Made by a program: the position numbers and the translations under genes. A DNA stretch of 64,000 nucleotides from Marinicella sp. (GTDB lineage: Bacteria; Pseudomonadota; Gammaproteobacteria; Xanthomonadales; Marinicellaceae). Position 1 is the first letter of the stretch. Every line of letters starts with the position of its first letter. The notes below the pieces were generated by a model. That model saw nothing but the letters and a program-made list of their open reading frames with translations, was not told the DNA's origin and searched no databases. The stretch lies in contig OZ246001.1 in NCBI GenBank assembly GCA_965230295.1, positions 3,648,001 through 3,712,000 of the forward strand. Direction: 5' to 3'. Shown piece by piece: positions 40,342 to 50,603 of the stretch.

Positions 40342-41529
40342 ATGAAACACAACAGAAGAAATTTTATCAAAATGGCTGGAGCGACCTCAGTTTCAGCCTT
40401 GCTCTTTAATTCCGGGTCATTGATGGCTTCAAACAATCAATCCAATGTTGTAGACCTTTCTCAGAAGTATTCAGCGAGGGCCATAGAAGTGGTTTCTCAA
40501 TCAACAAATATAGATATGTTGGCAACTTTTGAAGATTGGTTTAACCAAAGAAACGGCGTTCCATTAGGGAAAGTTTGGAATACGGTTCCAAATTCATTCA
40601 CCAAGCAAGATTTTGATCTTGTAAAAAGTTGTGGCATAGATATTTTTGGGTGGGGCAGCATGAAACCCAGCTTCGAAGACATGCTGATGTTCATCGCATC
40701 ACAAAATGGAATCATTGCATCTAATTCAGAATATTTTCAAAGAATTGATAGCGCTGCTTCGTTCACAGAAATGAGAAAGCGTAACAAAATTGGTATGCTG
40801 ATAAGCAACCAGAACTCAAGCCATTTCAGAGATGTAGATGATGTGAATTTATTTCATGGTTTGGGGCAACGAGTATCCCAGTTGACTTATAACGGGAAGA
40901 ATAGATTGGGTAATGGTGCATTTGATGATATGGACTCAGGAATAACTGAGTACGGGAAAAGGGTGGTTGAAAGGATGAATCTCGTTGGTATGGCGGTCGA
41001 TGTTTCTCACTGCGGTGACAAAACAACACTTGGTGGAATCGAAGCCAGTAGCTCACCCGTATTGATTACACATGGTGCTTGTCGTTCTATAGCCAAAGGT
41101 GTGGCCAGGGCCAAAACTGATGAAGCCATCAAAGCAATGGCCAAAACAGGAGGGGTTATTGGTATTCCTATATTGCGGTTTATGATCAGGGAAAAGGAAC
41201 CGGTCAGCTTAGATCATTTCTTGGATCACATTGACCATGTTGCTCAGTTGGTTGGCATTGAATATGTAGGAATCGGCAGCGATCAAGGGTTATACACTGA
41301 AGATTTTGGCCCTAAAGAATGGAGAAAGTCTCGTTTGGAAAATGCCCCTAAAAAATATCAAACACACACCAACAGTGATTACTTACTAACCATAGAAGGG
41401 TTGAATCACCCACATCGAACCTATGACATTGTCGAAGGTTTAATTAAACGGGAATATAAAGATTCAGATATTCAATTGGTACTGGGCGGTAATTTTGAAC
41501 GGGTTCTGAAAAAAATATTTACACATTAA
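40342..41529 (+). CDS. Tat-exported membrane dipeptidase (M19)-like amidohydrolase
   Basis: NRRNFIK Tat motif; QLTYN, DVSHCG, THG, DHIDH, GIGSD and LGGNF motifs. Confidence 0.88.
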   Translation: MKHNRRNFIKMAGATSVSALLFNSGSLMASNNQSNVVDLSQKYSARAIEVVSQSTNIDMLATFEDWFNQRNGVPLGKVWNTVPNSFTKQDFDLVKSCGIDIFGWGSMKPSFEDMLMFIASQNGIIASNSEYFQRIDSAASFTEMRKRNKIGMLISNQNSSHFRDVDDVNLFHGLGQRVSQLTYNGKNRLGNGAFDDMDSGITEYGKRVVERMNLVGMAVDVSHCGDKTTLGGIEASSSPVLITHGACRSIAKGVARAKTDEAIKAMAKTGGVIGIPILRFMIREKEPVSLDHFLDHIDHVAQLVGIEYVGIGSDQGLYTEDFGPKEWRKSRLENAPKKYQTHTNSDYLLTIEGLNHPHRTYDIVEGLIKREYKDSDIQLVLGGNFERVLKKIFTH

Positions 41530-41543
41530 TTTAAGGTATTGCA

Positions 41544-42887
41544 ATGAAAAAACTACTGACTTTTACCGGCATAATCATACTTCTCTATATTCAACCAGGG
41601 CATTCTGAGAAACCAGCTTCAGATCAAAGTGTTTTGCTCAAAGACGGTCAAATCATAGATTTGGTGACAAATGACGTTCGAACAGGTGACATTTTAATCG
41701 AAGGAGAAAAGATATCCTTGATCAACACAGATCAGCAAAACAGCTTGTCCGCAGACGTTACTTATGATGTCAGTGGACATTTTATAATACCAGGCTTAAT
41801 CGACAACCATGTACACATCACCCACGGCAGTTATGATGATGCAAAGGAATTGCTTATCCTTGCTTTAAAAAATGGCGTCACTGGTGTCAGGGACATGGGT
41901 GGGGACGGCAGAATGCTGGTTTCATTGAAAAGGAATACTTTATTAAAGGAGTTTAATGGATCAGATGTGTATTTTTCAGCCATTATTGCCGGAGAAAAGT
42001 TTTTTGAAAATGACCCCAGACCTGCCAGTGTAGCCCTGGGTGCTACTGCAGGACAGGTGCCTTGGCAATGGTCCGTTAATGACAAAACAGATTTCGATGA
42101 CATTGTCGCTAAAAGCAAAGGATTGGGGGTCACGGCGATAAAAATATACACCGACGTCTCTCCAAAACAAATCAACAAAGTGACCAAAGCTGCAAAAAAA
42201 CAAGGTTTGAAAGTGTGGGCGCATGCTGCCATTGCACCTGGAAGGCCGATAGACATCATCAACTCTGGGGCCGATGCGGTTTCACATGTTGGAGATTTCC
42301 TTCAATATCAGGTTGTGGATGTCATAAAAGATCGATATGCCTTTAAAGAACCTCAAGATGCACAAGCGTATCGAGATTATGTCAATTCAGTGGATGTTGA
42401 AGGGAAGGACCCTGAGGTCATGAAAGTCATCAAAGGCATGCTGAAAAATGACACTGTCATGGATGCCACTTTGTGGGTGTATCAAAGGAAAGGCGAAGAA
42501 ACCCTGAATCGAGCACAACAAATGACCAAGCTTTTATATGACAACGGAGTGCAAATAGGTGCCGGTTCTGACAACCTGGCCAGTGAGGGAACAGTCAATC
42601 TACATACCGAACTTGAATTGTTGGTTGATGCTGGTTTATCAAATTTTGATGCATTGAAAGCAGCAACAGTCGTGAATGCAAATAGTATTGGAGTAGAAAA
42701 TGAGGTTGGTACCATCGAAGAAGGTAAGCTGGCTAACTTGGTTGTACTAGAAAAGAGTCCTTTGGAATCAATAAGTAACACAAGAAGTATAAAGTATGTT
42801 ATCAAAAGAGGCAAGGTGATTAATGGCGAATCTTCTGTGAATAAGGCTGATGCCAATACCGAAAAAAACCAGGCTCAAATTCAGTGA
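41544..42887 (+). CDS. Secreted amidohydrolase family protein
   Basis: Signal peptide; PGLIDNHVH, GVTGVRDMG, IKIY, AH, SH, GSD and GTIEEGKLANLV. Confidence 0.9.
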   Translation: MKKLLTFTGIIILLYIQPGHSEKPASDQSVLLKDGQIIDLVTNDVRTGDILIEGEKISLINTDQQNSLSADVTYDVSGHFIIPGLIDNHVHITHGSYDDAKELLILALKNGVTGVRDMGGDGRMLVSLKRNTLLKEFNGSDVYFSAIIAGEKFFENDPRPASVALGATAGQVPWQWSVNDKTDFDDIVAKSKGLGVTAIKIYTDVSPKQINKVTKAAKKQGLKVWAHAAIAPGRPIDIINSGADAVSHVGDFLQYQVVDVIKDRYAFKEPQDAQAYRDYVNSVDVEGKDPEVMKVIKGMLKNDTVMDATLWVYQRKGEETLNRAQQMTKLLYDNGVQIGAGSDNLASEGTVNLHTELELLVDAGLSNFDALKAATVVNANSIGVENEVGTIEEGKLANLVVLEKSPLESISNTRSIKYVIKRGKVINGESSVNKADANTEKNQAQIQ

Positions 42888-42908
42888 CTCCATACCCTCT
42901 TGATTGGC

Positions 42909-43883
42909 TTACGATTGAGGCTCATTGGCATCAGTCAGATATTCAGCACATATTCCTCTGAAAGAATTCATGAAGTCATTCAAGTGTGCTGCGGAAAACC
43001 GGTAGTTTATCGGTAAAACTTGCGGGTTCTGTTGCAGTCGTCGATCGATCTTGTCATATACCCGAGGAGGTAATATGGCCGTGTGTTTCGGATTCAGTGA
43101 AATGAATTCAATCAAGTGATCAGTGATTTGTAGATCTACACATTGATCGGAAATATGGATATTCAGCAATGATTCCACATTGTTTTTGATCTGCGTGCAT
43201 ATGCCTTGTTCAAATTCAAAAATTTTGATGACACGTTCTTTGTTTATTTTTTCACCCAATTCAGAATCATCAATCTCGATGATCAGTTTTAGCAAAGGTA
43301 ATTCTGATTGTTCTGAAATCTCTTGCACTTCTTCAAAGTGAAATCCTGTTGTGATGAGGCAGCGTATGGAAGGTTGTAGTCTGACTCTGTCTAAGCTCAA
43401 CATATCAATACTCATTGGCATGACAGGCATATTGATGATATTTTCCAGTTCATTGGCATGGTAACCGGACTGATATCTTGAGCATTCGATGAATGCAATT
43501 TCAGGCTCATTTTTTAAGCCAAAACTGGCCATGTTAGCGACACTGGACAAAACGGTTGATGGCAAGAGTTTTGATTCCCTGCGAATTAACTCGGTGATGA
43601 GCTTTTGCATATGAAACAGTTCATGCTGATGCTGATTCAGATCATTGAATTCTGAGCTGCCAATGACGTAATACCCGCTGGTACCTTTGGATTGAATGAA
43701 ACCAGCCGCTTCCAGGCGTCGATAAACAGCCATCACTGTGATGCGATTGACTTCCCAAGCTTTTTCAGCTTGCCTCACAGAAGGCAGTTTTTCTCCCACT
43801 TGCCATTGTCCGGTAGCCAAGGCATATAACAATTGCTTGTGGAGGGCTTCAGATTTTCCGTGTACTGTGCTTTTGATACTCAT
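42909..43883 (-). CDS. GntR family regulator with an atypical C-terminal domain
   Basis: GEKLPSVR, VNRITVMAVYRRL, G.GYYV winged helix. Confidence 0.85.
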   Translation of the reverse strand: MSIKSTVHGKSEALHKQLLYALATGQWQVGEKLPSVRQAEKAWEVNRITVMAVYRRLEAAGFIQSKGTSGYYVIGSSEFNDLNQHQHELFHMQKLITELIRRESKLLPSTVLSSVANMASFGLKNEPEIAFIECSRYQSGYHANELENIINMPVMPMSIDMLSLDRVRLQPSIRCLITTGFHFEEVQEISEQSELPLLKLIIEIDDSELGEKINKERVIKIFEFEQGICTQIKNNVESLLNIHISDQCVDLQITDHLIEFISLNPKHTAILPPRVYDKIDRRLQQNPQVLPINYRFSAAHLNDFMNSFRGICAEYLTDANEPQS

Positions 43884-43988
43884 TGTTCACCATTATAGTT
43901 TTATTTTTCCGTCAATTAAACATGGACAACTGTTATATTTTACATTACAGTTTGAGAAATTAAAATAAACATCGTTAAAGAGGAACCT

Positions 43989-45077
43989 ATGTTAAAAGGC
44001 AACAAAAAATGGACGAGTCTGTTTTCAGTTATCTTGACATTGATGCTGCTGCCTACCGCCTGCACCCACAAAAAACCGCACAATGAGGCTAAGTCCATTT
44101 ACATCCGCGCAGCATTGAACGGCGACTTGTCTGACATCAATAATCAGCTGTCACAAACGACTGGAGCAGAAGCAGTCCTCAATGACTTTGAACATAAGTT
44201 CATTGCGAAGAACCATGGAATGGCAGTGGAGGATATTAAAGACGCTTTGATCAAACAAATCCTGTACACGTACATCGAATACTGGCGCCAATCATTGCTG
44301 AACCCCCAAATGCTTGAAGCACATGAATCAGCGCTTAAGTCTCAATTGGTGGAATTGGCAATCAAGTATTTGGATTTGGCACCATCAACTGCCTATGAAG
44401 AAATCAAAAAGCCAGTCACTGAATACATAGAAAGCAAAGGTTATGGTGTGCTGATATTTGGACGAATCCAGCCTTTGATTGATGTGTTGATATGGAGAAG
44501 CAACGACCAAAAGTCTTACAATGTTGAGCTTACAGACTCAATACAGCCTGTTGAGGTGATGCAAATCGGCGATTTCATCAGTTACGGGTGGAGTCACTAT
44601 GCCACACATGGCGCTGCATCTACAGGTGGTTGGGCCTCACCAGACATGTTGTACTGCGTGTGTGATGGCTATGATGAAGAATCAGAAAAATACCAGGTTT
44701 CATACCTTAAACATGAGGCCCGCCATTTTGCTGATTATCAGATATACCCTAAATTGGAATCAGCAACACTAGAATACCGGGCCAAATTAACTGAACTGGC
44801 GTTTGCTGATGAATCAATGCACCGCTTACTCAAGCATTTCAGTGCATCCGGGGTCAAAGACACGGCCAATGCGCACCCCCTCGCAAACTGGCATGTCATT
44901 GAAGACATGGCCCATGCTTTGAACAAGGAAGTTGATGACAAGCATCGTTTTGACTGGGAGTCCATCGATGTGAGTACAATTCAAAGCACAGCCAGAAAGC
45001 TGTTGAAGCAGAATGACGCGTTATTGCAAAGCCTGGGACCTGAAGAAGTCACCAACACCATTCACCCGCAAAATTAA
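43989..45077 (+). CDS. Lipoprotein with HEXXH motif (putative zinc metallopeptidase)
   Basis: Lipobox PTAC; HEARH followed by LEYRAKL.E. Confidence 0.7.
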   Translation: MLKGNKKWTSLFSVILTLMLLPTACTHKKPHNEAKSIYIRAALNGDLSDINNQLSQTTGAEAVLNDFEHKFIAKNHGMAVEDIKDALIKQILYTYIEYWRQSLLNPQMLEAHESALKSQLVELAIKYLDLAPSTAYEEIKKPVTEYIESKGYGVLIFGRIQPLIDVLIWRSNDQKSYNVELTDSIQPVEVMQIGDFISYGWSHYATHGAASTGGWASPDMLYCVCDGYDEESEKYQVSYLKHEARHFADYQIYPKLESATLEYRAKLTELAFADESMHRLLKHFSASGVKDTANAHPLANWHVIEDMAHALNKEVDDKHRFDWESIDVSTIQSTARKLLKQNDALLQSLGPEEVTNTIHPQN

Positions 45078-45088
45078 ATTCATTGATT

Positions 45089-46267
45089 TTACTTCTCAAG
45101 CCTTTGTAGCCATCTTTTAGCAAGTGAAAATTCAGGGTCAATTGTCAATGCTTTTTCGATCATGAGTCTGGCATTTTCAGGCTGACCCTGTGCTCTGCGT
45201 ACAAGACCCATTCCGAGATAAGATTCCTTCCCTCCAGGATACACTTCTAAGGCATATTGAAAGATTTTTTCTGCGGCAATTAAATCCTTGCTCATTATCG
45301 TGTGAAAACCAAGGTTAAATAGGACCGATATAGGTGTCTTGATTTCATACCCGTATCGTTTTGATAAGCTATCGAAATGTTGAGTCACTTTATCCAACGA
45401 TTCCAGGTTTTCACCGGGATTGAAGGGGTTGAAGTCAGGATATAACGCAAGAAGAAACTTTATAAAATCCATCGCTGGTACATGTCCCTGGTTCACCAAT
45501 TCATCCACTTTATAGGTAAGGCTCTCTGGTTTATGGTCCGCTAAAACACGTATGAATTCAGAAACGTCATTTGTTAATCCTTCATCATCGCTGTAAATGA
45601 TGTGCAAAAACCTGTTTTCCAAAAGCTTTTTTAACGGACCTGATTTTATTTTTTGTTGAAGCACTTCCGGTATAACCATAAGGGATGGGCTACTTGCAAA
45701 GTAGCTATTAAACAGAAGGGGGTTGTTGAGTAGGGTGTAAACAGTGAAAAATCCACTGTTAGAACCGCCATAAAGGGCTCTGAATGGAGCAGTCCGGTAG
45801 TTTTTATCAACGTGTGCCATCAACTCTGTCTCAAAGAACTTGATATAACCATCTGGAATTGTAGTGTCCTGATTTTCCCTTGTTGGTAACAAAATACGAT
45901 TTCCTTCAGGTAAATCTATTCCAATAAGTATCATCTCAGGAATTTGTCCTTCGCCCATATAGTCTAGTGTAGAAGCCAGCATGGCGAACCGTGCCTGGTA
46001 ATCTGAACCCAGCATATACAGCACGGGATAGGACTTTCTGGAACTGTGGTAGTTCGCAGGTAAATGGATTGACAGTGGCACTGTTTTTCTTAACACTTTT
46101 GACTGAAGTGAAGTTTTTTTTCCTAAGGTAACGGCTGGTTTATTGTGTTTTGCCGAAACAGCACCAGTAGCAAAAGGTAGTTCGTGTGGTTTTACCTTAC
46201 CGGCCTGAGTTTCAATGAAAACCTGTGACAATAAAAAACATAAAATTAAACTTTTTTTCATATTCAT
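45089..46267 (-). CDS. Secreted alpha/beta-hydrolase esterase (IroE/Fes-like) with C-terminal TPR
   Basis: LPANY..SRKSYPVLY, GGSNSG nucleophile elbow, SSPS, GH; TPR ALTIDP. Confidence 0.85.
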   Translation of the reverse strand: MNMKKSLILCFLLSQVFIETQAGKVKPHELPFATGAVSAKHNKPAVTLGKKTSLQSKVLRKTVPLSIHLPANYHSSRKSYPVLYMLGSDYQARFAMLASTLDYMGEGQIPEMILIGIDLPEGNRILLPTRENQDTTIPDGYIKFFETELMAHVDKNYRTAPFRALYGGSNSGFFTVYTLLNNPLLFNSYFASSPSLMVIPEVLQQKIKSGPLKKLLENRFLHIIYSDDEGLTNDVSEFIRVLADHKPESLTYKVDELVNQGHVPAMDFIKFLLALYPDFNPFNPGENLESLDKVTQHFDSLSKRYGYEIKTPISVLFNLGFHTIMSKDLIAAEKIFQYALEVYPGGKESYLGMGLVRRAQGQPENARLMIEKALTIDPEFSLAKRWLQRLEK

Positions 46268-46360
46268 CAATTCCTCTCTATAAAAGAACGCCTGTGGTTA
46301 AAGACAGGTTCTGTAAATTCAATAGAAAACAATTGTAGATGGGTGAAAATTGAAAGACCT

Positions 46361-46388
46361 GAAGTCAGGCTGATTTTTGCCTGACTTC
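46361..46388. terminator. Hairpin, probable terminator downstream of the MAM gene
   Basis: 10 bp perfect inverted repeat gaagtcaggc/gcctgacttc. Confidence 0.55.
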
Positions 46389-46532
46389 TGAATGATTTAA
46401 ATATTTATTCAGGATGTTAACGTTTTCCATGATGGTACAAATACACTGCAGGCATTAATTGTGTACACACACTGATCCATGGTGATTTGACGATGTAAAG
46501 ATTTCATTCAATCAGAAAAATTTAAATTGAGG

Positions 46533-47183
46533 TCATTCAAAGCCATCCCTGAAGATCAAATCAAGGTCATCGATAAACTCAAAATCATCTATGGCGACAT
46601 CACCTTCGCTCCCTGTTCCTGAGTGGACATGACGGAATCGCAGAAAAATCGATTGGGGTACAAAATCTGTGAGATCAACAGTCATCTTTTGCCACAGGTC
46701 AATGTTGTCACTAATGGGTTGTATGACATCAATTTGAATGGGGTTAAGCCCTGCATTCAATACATCGATATGGAGTAAGCCAACGTCCTGTCCAAACATG
46801 TGATACCAGAAAGACGCTTGCGGATTTTGGGTGTTGCTCAGCTCCAAAAAGGGGGAGATTAAAATGCTGACACCCATTTCATTAGAGCAGGGTGATGAGA
46901 CGGAGTGAACATACAAGTAAAACCCAGATTCATCCCCCGTCGTGTGATCAACATCCGGGCCAGAATTGGGTGAGGCGGTCGGCCCTTTGTTAGCCAACCA
47001 GTCTTTGTCATCAAAAAGATCCTCATTGAACCAGCCCAACGCATTGATTGGGCATGAGACTGTACAGTCATCTATACAGCCCGACTCTGATTCAAAGTCT
47101 TCGAAATAGGGCGGCACAACCGCTTGCACCTTCGTCACATATCCCAAGAACACGATCAATACGACTGTGGTTTTGAAATTCAT
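46533..47183 (-). CDS. Secreted MAM-domain protein with C-terminal DLIFRDGFE tail
   Basis: DW....GPT.SP.SGPDVDHT, GFYLY, LISP, FWYHMFG and GDVAIDDF are MAM hallmarks. Confidence 0.8.
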   Translation of the reverse strand: MNFKTTVVLIVFLGYVTKVQAVVPPYFEDFESESGCIDDCTVSCPINALGWFNEDLFDDKDWLANKGPTASPNSGPDVDHTTGDESGFYLYVHSVSSPCSNEMGVSILISPFLELSNTQNPQASFWYHMFGQDVGLLHIDVLNAGLNPIQIDVIQPISDNIDLWQKMTVDLTDFVPQSIFLRFRHVHSGTGSEGDVAIDDFEFIDDLDLIFRDGFE

Positions 47184-47307
47184 ATCCACACCCCGAAAAT
47201 TGTTTATTAGTTTGGTATTCAAAAAGAGTATTTGTAGTATAGCAAGCCATTACTTTAATATAAAAAATTGGATCAGTAGTTCAAATCACTTATAAAAGTT
47301 ATTTCTA

Positions 47308-48465
47308 ATGAAAAATATCAGTTTAATACTTGTTCGTGTTTCTTTACTCATTGTCATGGTTATCGCAGGATTCTTGGCCTTGTTCCCTGAATGGTGGGAC
47401 TTGCGTGACATGCATGCCTCATCCCAATCAAACAAGCCAAGCACCCACCTGCAATCAGATCAGGTTGACCTGGCTGCTTCAGAACAACTCCAAACATTGC
47501 ATACTGAAAACCCGCAGGAAGCAGCTGCAGAGAGTAAGGAAATAAAATCATCATTTGATCTTCAACAAGTGAAACTGGAAGAACCCAAACAGACGCCTGA
47601 GAAAAGGCCAATGAGCTATAAAGCGTCAGCTACAGCATTTCCAGATGCATCATTCAGATCCTGTGTTGAATTCAGAATGCGCAGAGAAGGTGTTCTGGAC
47701 CCTTCTGATATCACCAGAATGGACTGTAGTTACAAAGAGGTCTCAGATGTCACTGGTCTGGACCAATTAGCTGCCCTAGAAGAATTAATCCTACAAGGGG
47801 TTGATGTTGAATTCATAAAATTGGGGCAACACCCTAAATTGAGAAGCATTCTGATCACCGAAACGGCTGTCAAGAGCCTTGATCTGACTCATGTTCACAG
47901 CTTGCAATCATTGAATGTCAGTCGTAATAGAGGCCTTAAAGAAGTGGATCTGCCAGTACAAAACACCATCAAACGATTGGTCCTGGATACCAATGCTTTG
48001 AGTGCTATCCATGTGCCCGACAGCGAGATAACACAGTTCATCTATCTACAAAAGAATCAATTGGAATCAGTGCATTTAGGCCATATGCCTCAGATCAAAA
48101 AGCTGGATGTCAGCCACAATCAGTTGTTAAGTCTAGATACATCTCATATGGCATCATTATCCAGTTTGATGGCAATACACAATCAATTGACCACAATAGA
48201 CATCAGCCAAAACAAACAGTTGAGTGAACTATTGATCGCTCAAAACAACATCCAAGAGTTGGATTTATCTGATCACCGAGAAATCAAAGAACTGATGTTG
48301 TTTGATAATCCAATGACACTTCCAAAAGTTAGCCATTTGAGCAAGTTGGCCGACCTGGCCATAGATGAAGCCCAGTATCAGGAAATGAAACAATCAAAAA
48401 CTGTCCTACCCTTTGAAGCAAAAGTCACCAAAATGAAACATGTGCAGATATTAAGAAAAAAATGA
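47308..48465 (+). CDS. Membrane-anchored leucine-rich repeat (internalin-like) protein
   Basis: N-terminal TM, FPDASFRSCV cap, LxxLxLxxNxL repeats. Confidence 0.85.
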   Translation: MKNISLILVRVSLLIVMVIAGFLALFPEWWDLRDMHASSQSNKPSTHLQSDQVDLAASEQLQTLHTENPQEAAAESKEIKSSFDLQQVKLEEPKQTPEKRPMSYKASATAFPDASFRSCVEFRMRREGVLDPSDITRMDCSYKEVSDVTGLDQLAALEELILQGVDVEFIKLGQHPKLRSILITETAVKSLDLTHVHSLQSLNVSRNRGLKEVDLPVQNTIKRLVLDTNALSAIHVPDSEITQFIYLQKNQLESVHLGHMPQIKKLDVSHNQLLSLDTSHMASLSSLMAIHNQLTTIDISQNKQLSELLIAQNNIQELDLSDHREIKELMLFDNPMTLPKVSHLSKLADLAIDEAQYQEMKQSKTVLPFEAKVTKMKHVQILRKK

Positions 48466-48706
48466 ATAAGGCTGTGGTTTTAAGTTTGGACTAAGGTCTT
48501 TACCCATAAATTAAACACAACCGTCATTGAATATTGTCCTGATGACAAGCAGCGTAAGAATGAGGTTGCAGAATTTTATGGGCCAGAGCAACTTTAAACT
48601 CCCTTAAAAATCACTGCCAACAGATACAACAAGCCACATGTTTCATATATTTTCACGCACTATTGTGCTATGCTGATTAGTCAATCAATAATTATTATTG
48701 GGGGGT

Positions 48707-49669
48707 ATGAAATTGAAAATATTCCATTTTATTGTCTTGATACTGTTTAACCCAGTACTTATTGCTGGAGAAGTTGAAGGAATGGGTGATGAATCTGGAG
48801 ATCGTGCTGATAGAGCAAGCGATAGAGACAGAGCAGGCAGCGGCGATCGTGATCCCGGCGGAAACAGTGAGCCTGGAGGAAGAGACCCAGGCAGTGCTGC
48901 AGATAGAGAAGGTCCAAGAGATCAAAGTCGTGCTCTAGAAACAGGAAGAATTGAAGTACCTGAGCCGCCACCAATGAGACCTGAAAAGAATCAACCACCT
49001 GAGCCTATACAGGCACCACCTAAAAACGAATCAAATTCCCAAGGTGGGAACAATTTAATAGATAGAAGTCCTGGTGATGGTGGATCCCAAGATCACCGTG
49101 ATAACCCTGCTAATTCAATTAACTCTAAACCTGCCGGTCCTTCGAGTTCGAACAGTTCTCCAAACCAAAACGAATCTGTTGGAACGCCAGTATCCAGAAT
49201 TGAACAGGCAAATAGAGCAAAGAACCTAGCAAACATTCATGGCACGAACGCAATAAATTTAATGAAACAGGCAATGAAGGCTGAAGAAGATGGAAATACT
49301 GATTTAGCTATAACTCTATTCATCGAGTCATTGGAGGCAAATCAAAAAGCTAATTTAAATGCTGAAATTGCAGAAGCACAACTAAGGTTTTCAAAACTTG
49401 AAAACACAAATAATAGTTCAAATTCAGAACCTGAGACAATCGCAGAAAAAGTGGCAAAACAAGCCACAAAAGAATTAATTACTGGTTCACCTGGTAAACT
49501 TGGTAGAGCTCTAGGAGCAGCTGGTGCTGTATTTTCATCTGCTGAATTAGACACCGAAGGAAAAGGTGAATCTGTTGGGTCTGGATTGTCTTTGTATGAA
49601 TTGAATCTTCATAGATCACTAAAAGAAATAGAGAACATGAAAACATTCCCTGATCAAGAAGATCCATGA
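48707..49669 (+). CDS. Secreted hypothetical protein with a disordered G/D/R/P/S/N-rich N-terminal half
   Basis: Signal peptide, low-complexity tract, helical C-terminal half. Confidence 0.65.
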   Translation: MKLKIFHFIVLILFNPVLIAGEVEGMGDESGDRADRASDRDRAGSGDRDPGGNSEPGGRDPGSAADREGPRDQSRALETGRIEVPEPPPMRPEKNQPPEPIQAPPKNESNSQGGNNLIDRSPGDGGSQDHRDNPANSINSKPAGPSSSNSSPNQNESVGTPVSRIEQANRAKNLANIHGTNAINLMKQAMKAEEDGNTDLAITLFIESLEANQKANLNAEIAEAQLRFSKLENTNNSSNSEPETIAEKVAKQATKELITGSPGKLGRALGAAGAVFSSAELDTEGKGESVGSGLSLYELNLHRSLKEIENMKTFPDQEDP

Positions 49670-50058
49670 ATAAAAAGTTCAACAAAAAGATAATTGGACA
49701 GACAACTAAACTGCGAAATTTGATGATTTTAAAAGTGGTTAATTTTATTACAGTTGCTGAAATAAATTGACAAGTAAAGTACGAAACTTTTGATAAAACG
49801 CCCCAAAAATAGGCCAATCATTTTTTGACAACTTAAGTACTGAACTTTTTGTCCATTTTCTACTTAAGACACTAATAATTTTCTGCTTACAAATCCACTG
49901 CTTTTCTGGGGGGTTACCCAGCTGCCTCGAATATTAATCGTCCGCTGATTTGATGAAAAACACATTGAAATCAGAAAAAAATTTGACTTTCATAAGGTAC
50001 TTTAAGTTAAGGATTGCATAATGGCTGCAACAACAATAATATTTTTGGAGAATTTAAA

Positions 50059-50514
50059 ATGAAAACAGCAGCAGGAGTCATCTTAATCATTGCAGCAGTC
50101 TTTAACCTCTTTGCCGGTCTGGCCTATTTGGGTGGGGGTGCAGCCACCACGGGTCTGAATAATGCCATGGACTCTGCAGTGATGCAGGAGATGCAACAAC
50201 ACATGACAGAAGAAGAAAAGGCCGAAATGAAACGTGTTCAAGGCGAAGTAGGTGGCGCTGGTATGGGTCTGATGGTTTTTGGCGTGTTTTTGCTAGTCAG
50301 TGTGGGTATTCTGATTGCAGGTGCGGTGTTTCTGTTCACCAATAAAAAACCTCAACTCATTGTCGTTGCTGGTGGCATGGCCATTATTGCTGAGGTCATA
50401 GGGATCTTGTTAACTGCCTTTGGTATCATCAACTTGATAGGCCTGGTAGGTGGTGTGTTGGCCATCATTGCAGCCAAATCCATGAGCGGTCAACCCTCCC
50501 CAGCGGTTGAATAA
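50059..50514 (+). CDS. Hypothetical 4-TM membrane protein
   Basis: GGAG RBS, four hydrophobic segments, downstream hairpin. Confidence 0.75.
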   Translation: MKTAAGVILIIAAVFNLFAGLAYLGGGAATTGLNNAMDSAVMQEMQQHMTEEEKAEMKRVQGEVGGAGMGLMVFGVFLLVSVGILIAGAVFLFTNKKPQLIVVAGGMAIIAEVIGILLTAFGIINLIGLVGGVLAIIAAKSMSGQPSPAVE

Positions 50515-50548
50515 CATCTTGAATAATTTAAGCAATAATTGATCAACA

Positions 50549-50573
50549 GAAGCAATCAAATCTTGGTTGCTTC
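50549..50573 (+). terminator. Probable intrinsic terminator
   Basis: gaagcaatcaa/ttggttgcttc hairpin followed by a T-rich tract. Confidence 0.55.
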
Positions 50574-50603
50574 ATTATTTTTGGAGCATGAATACGATCA
50601 TTG

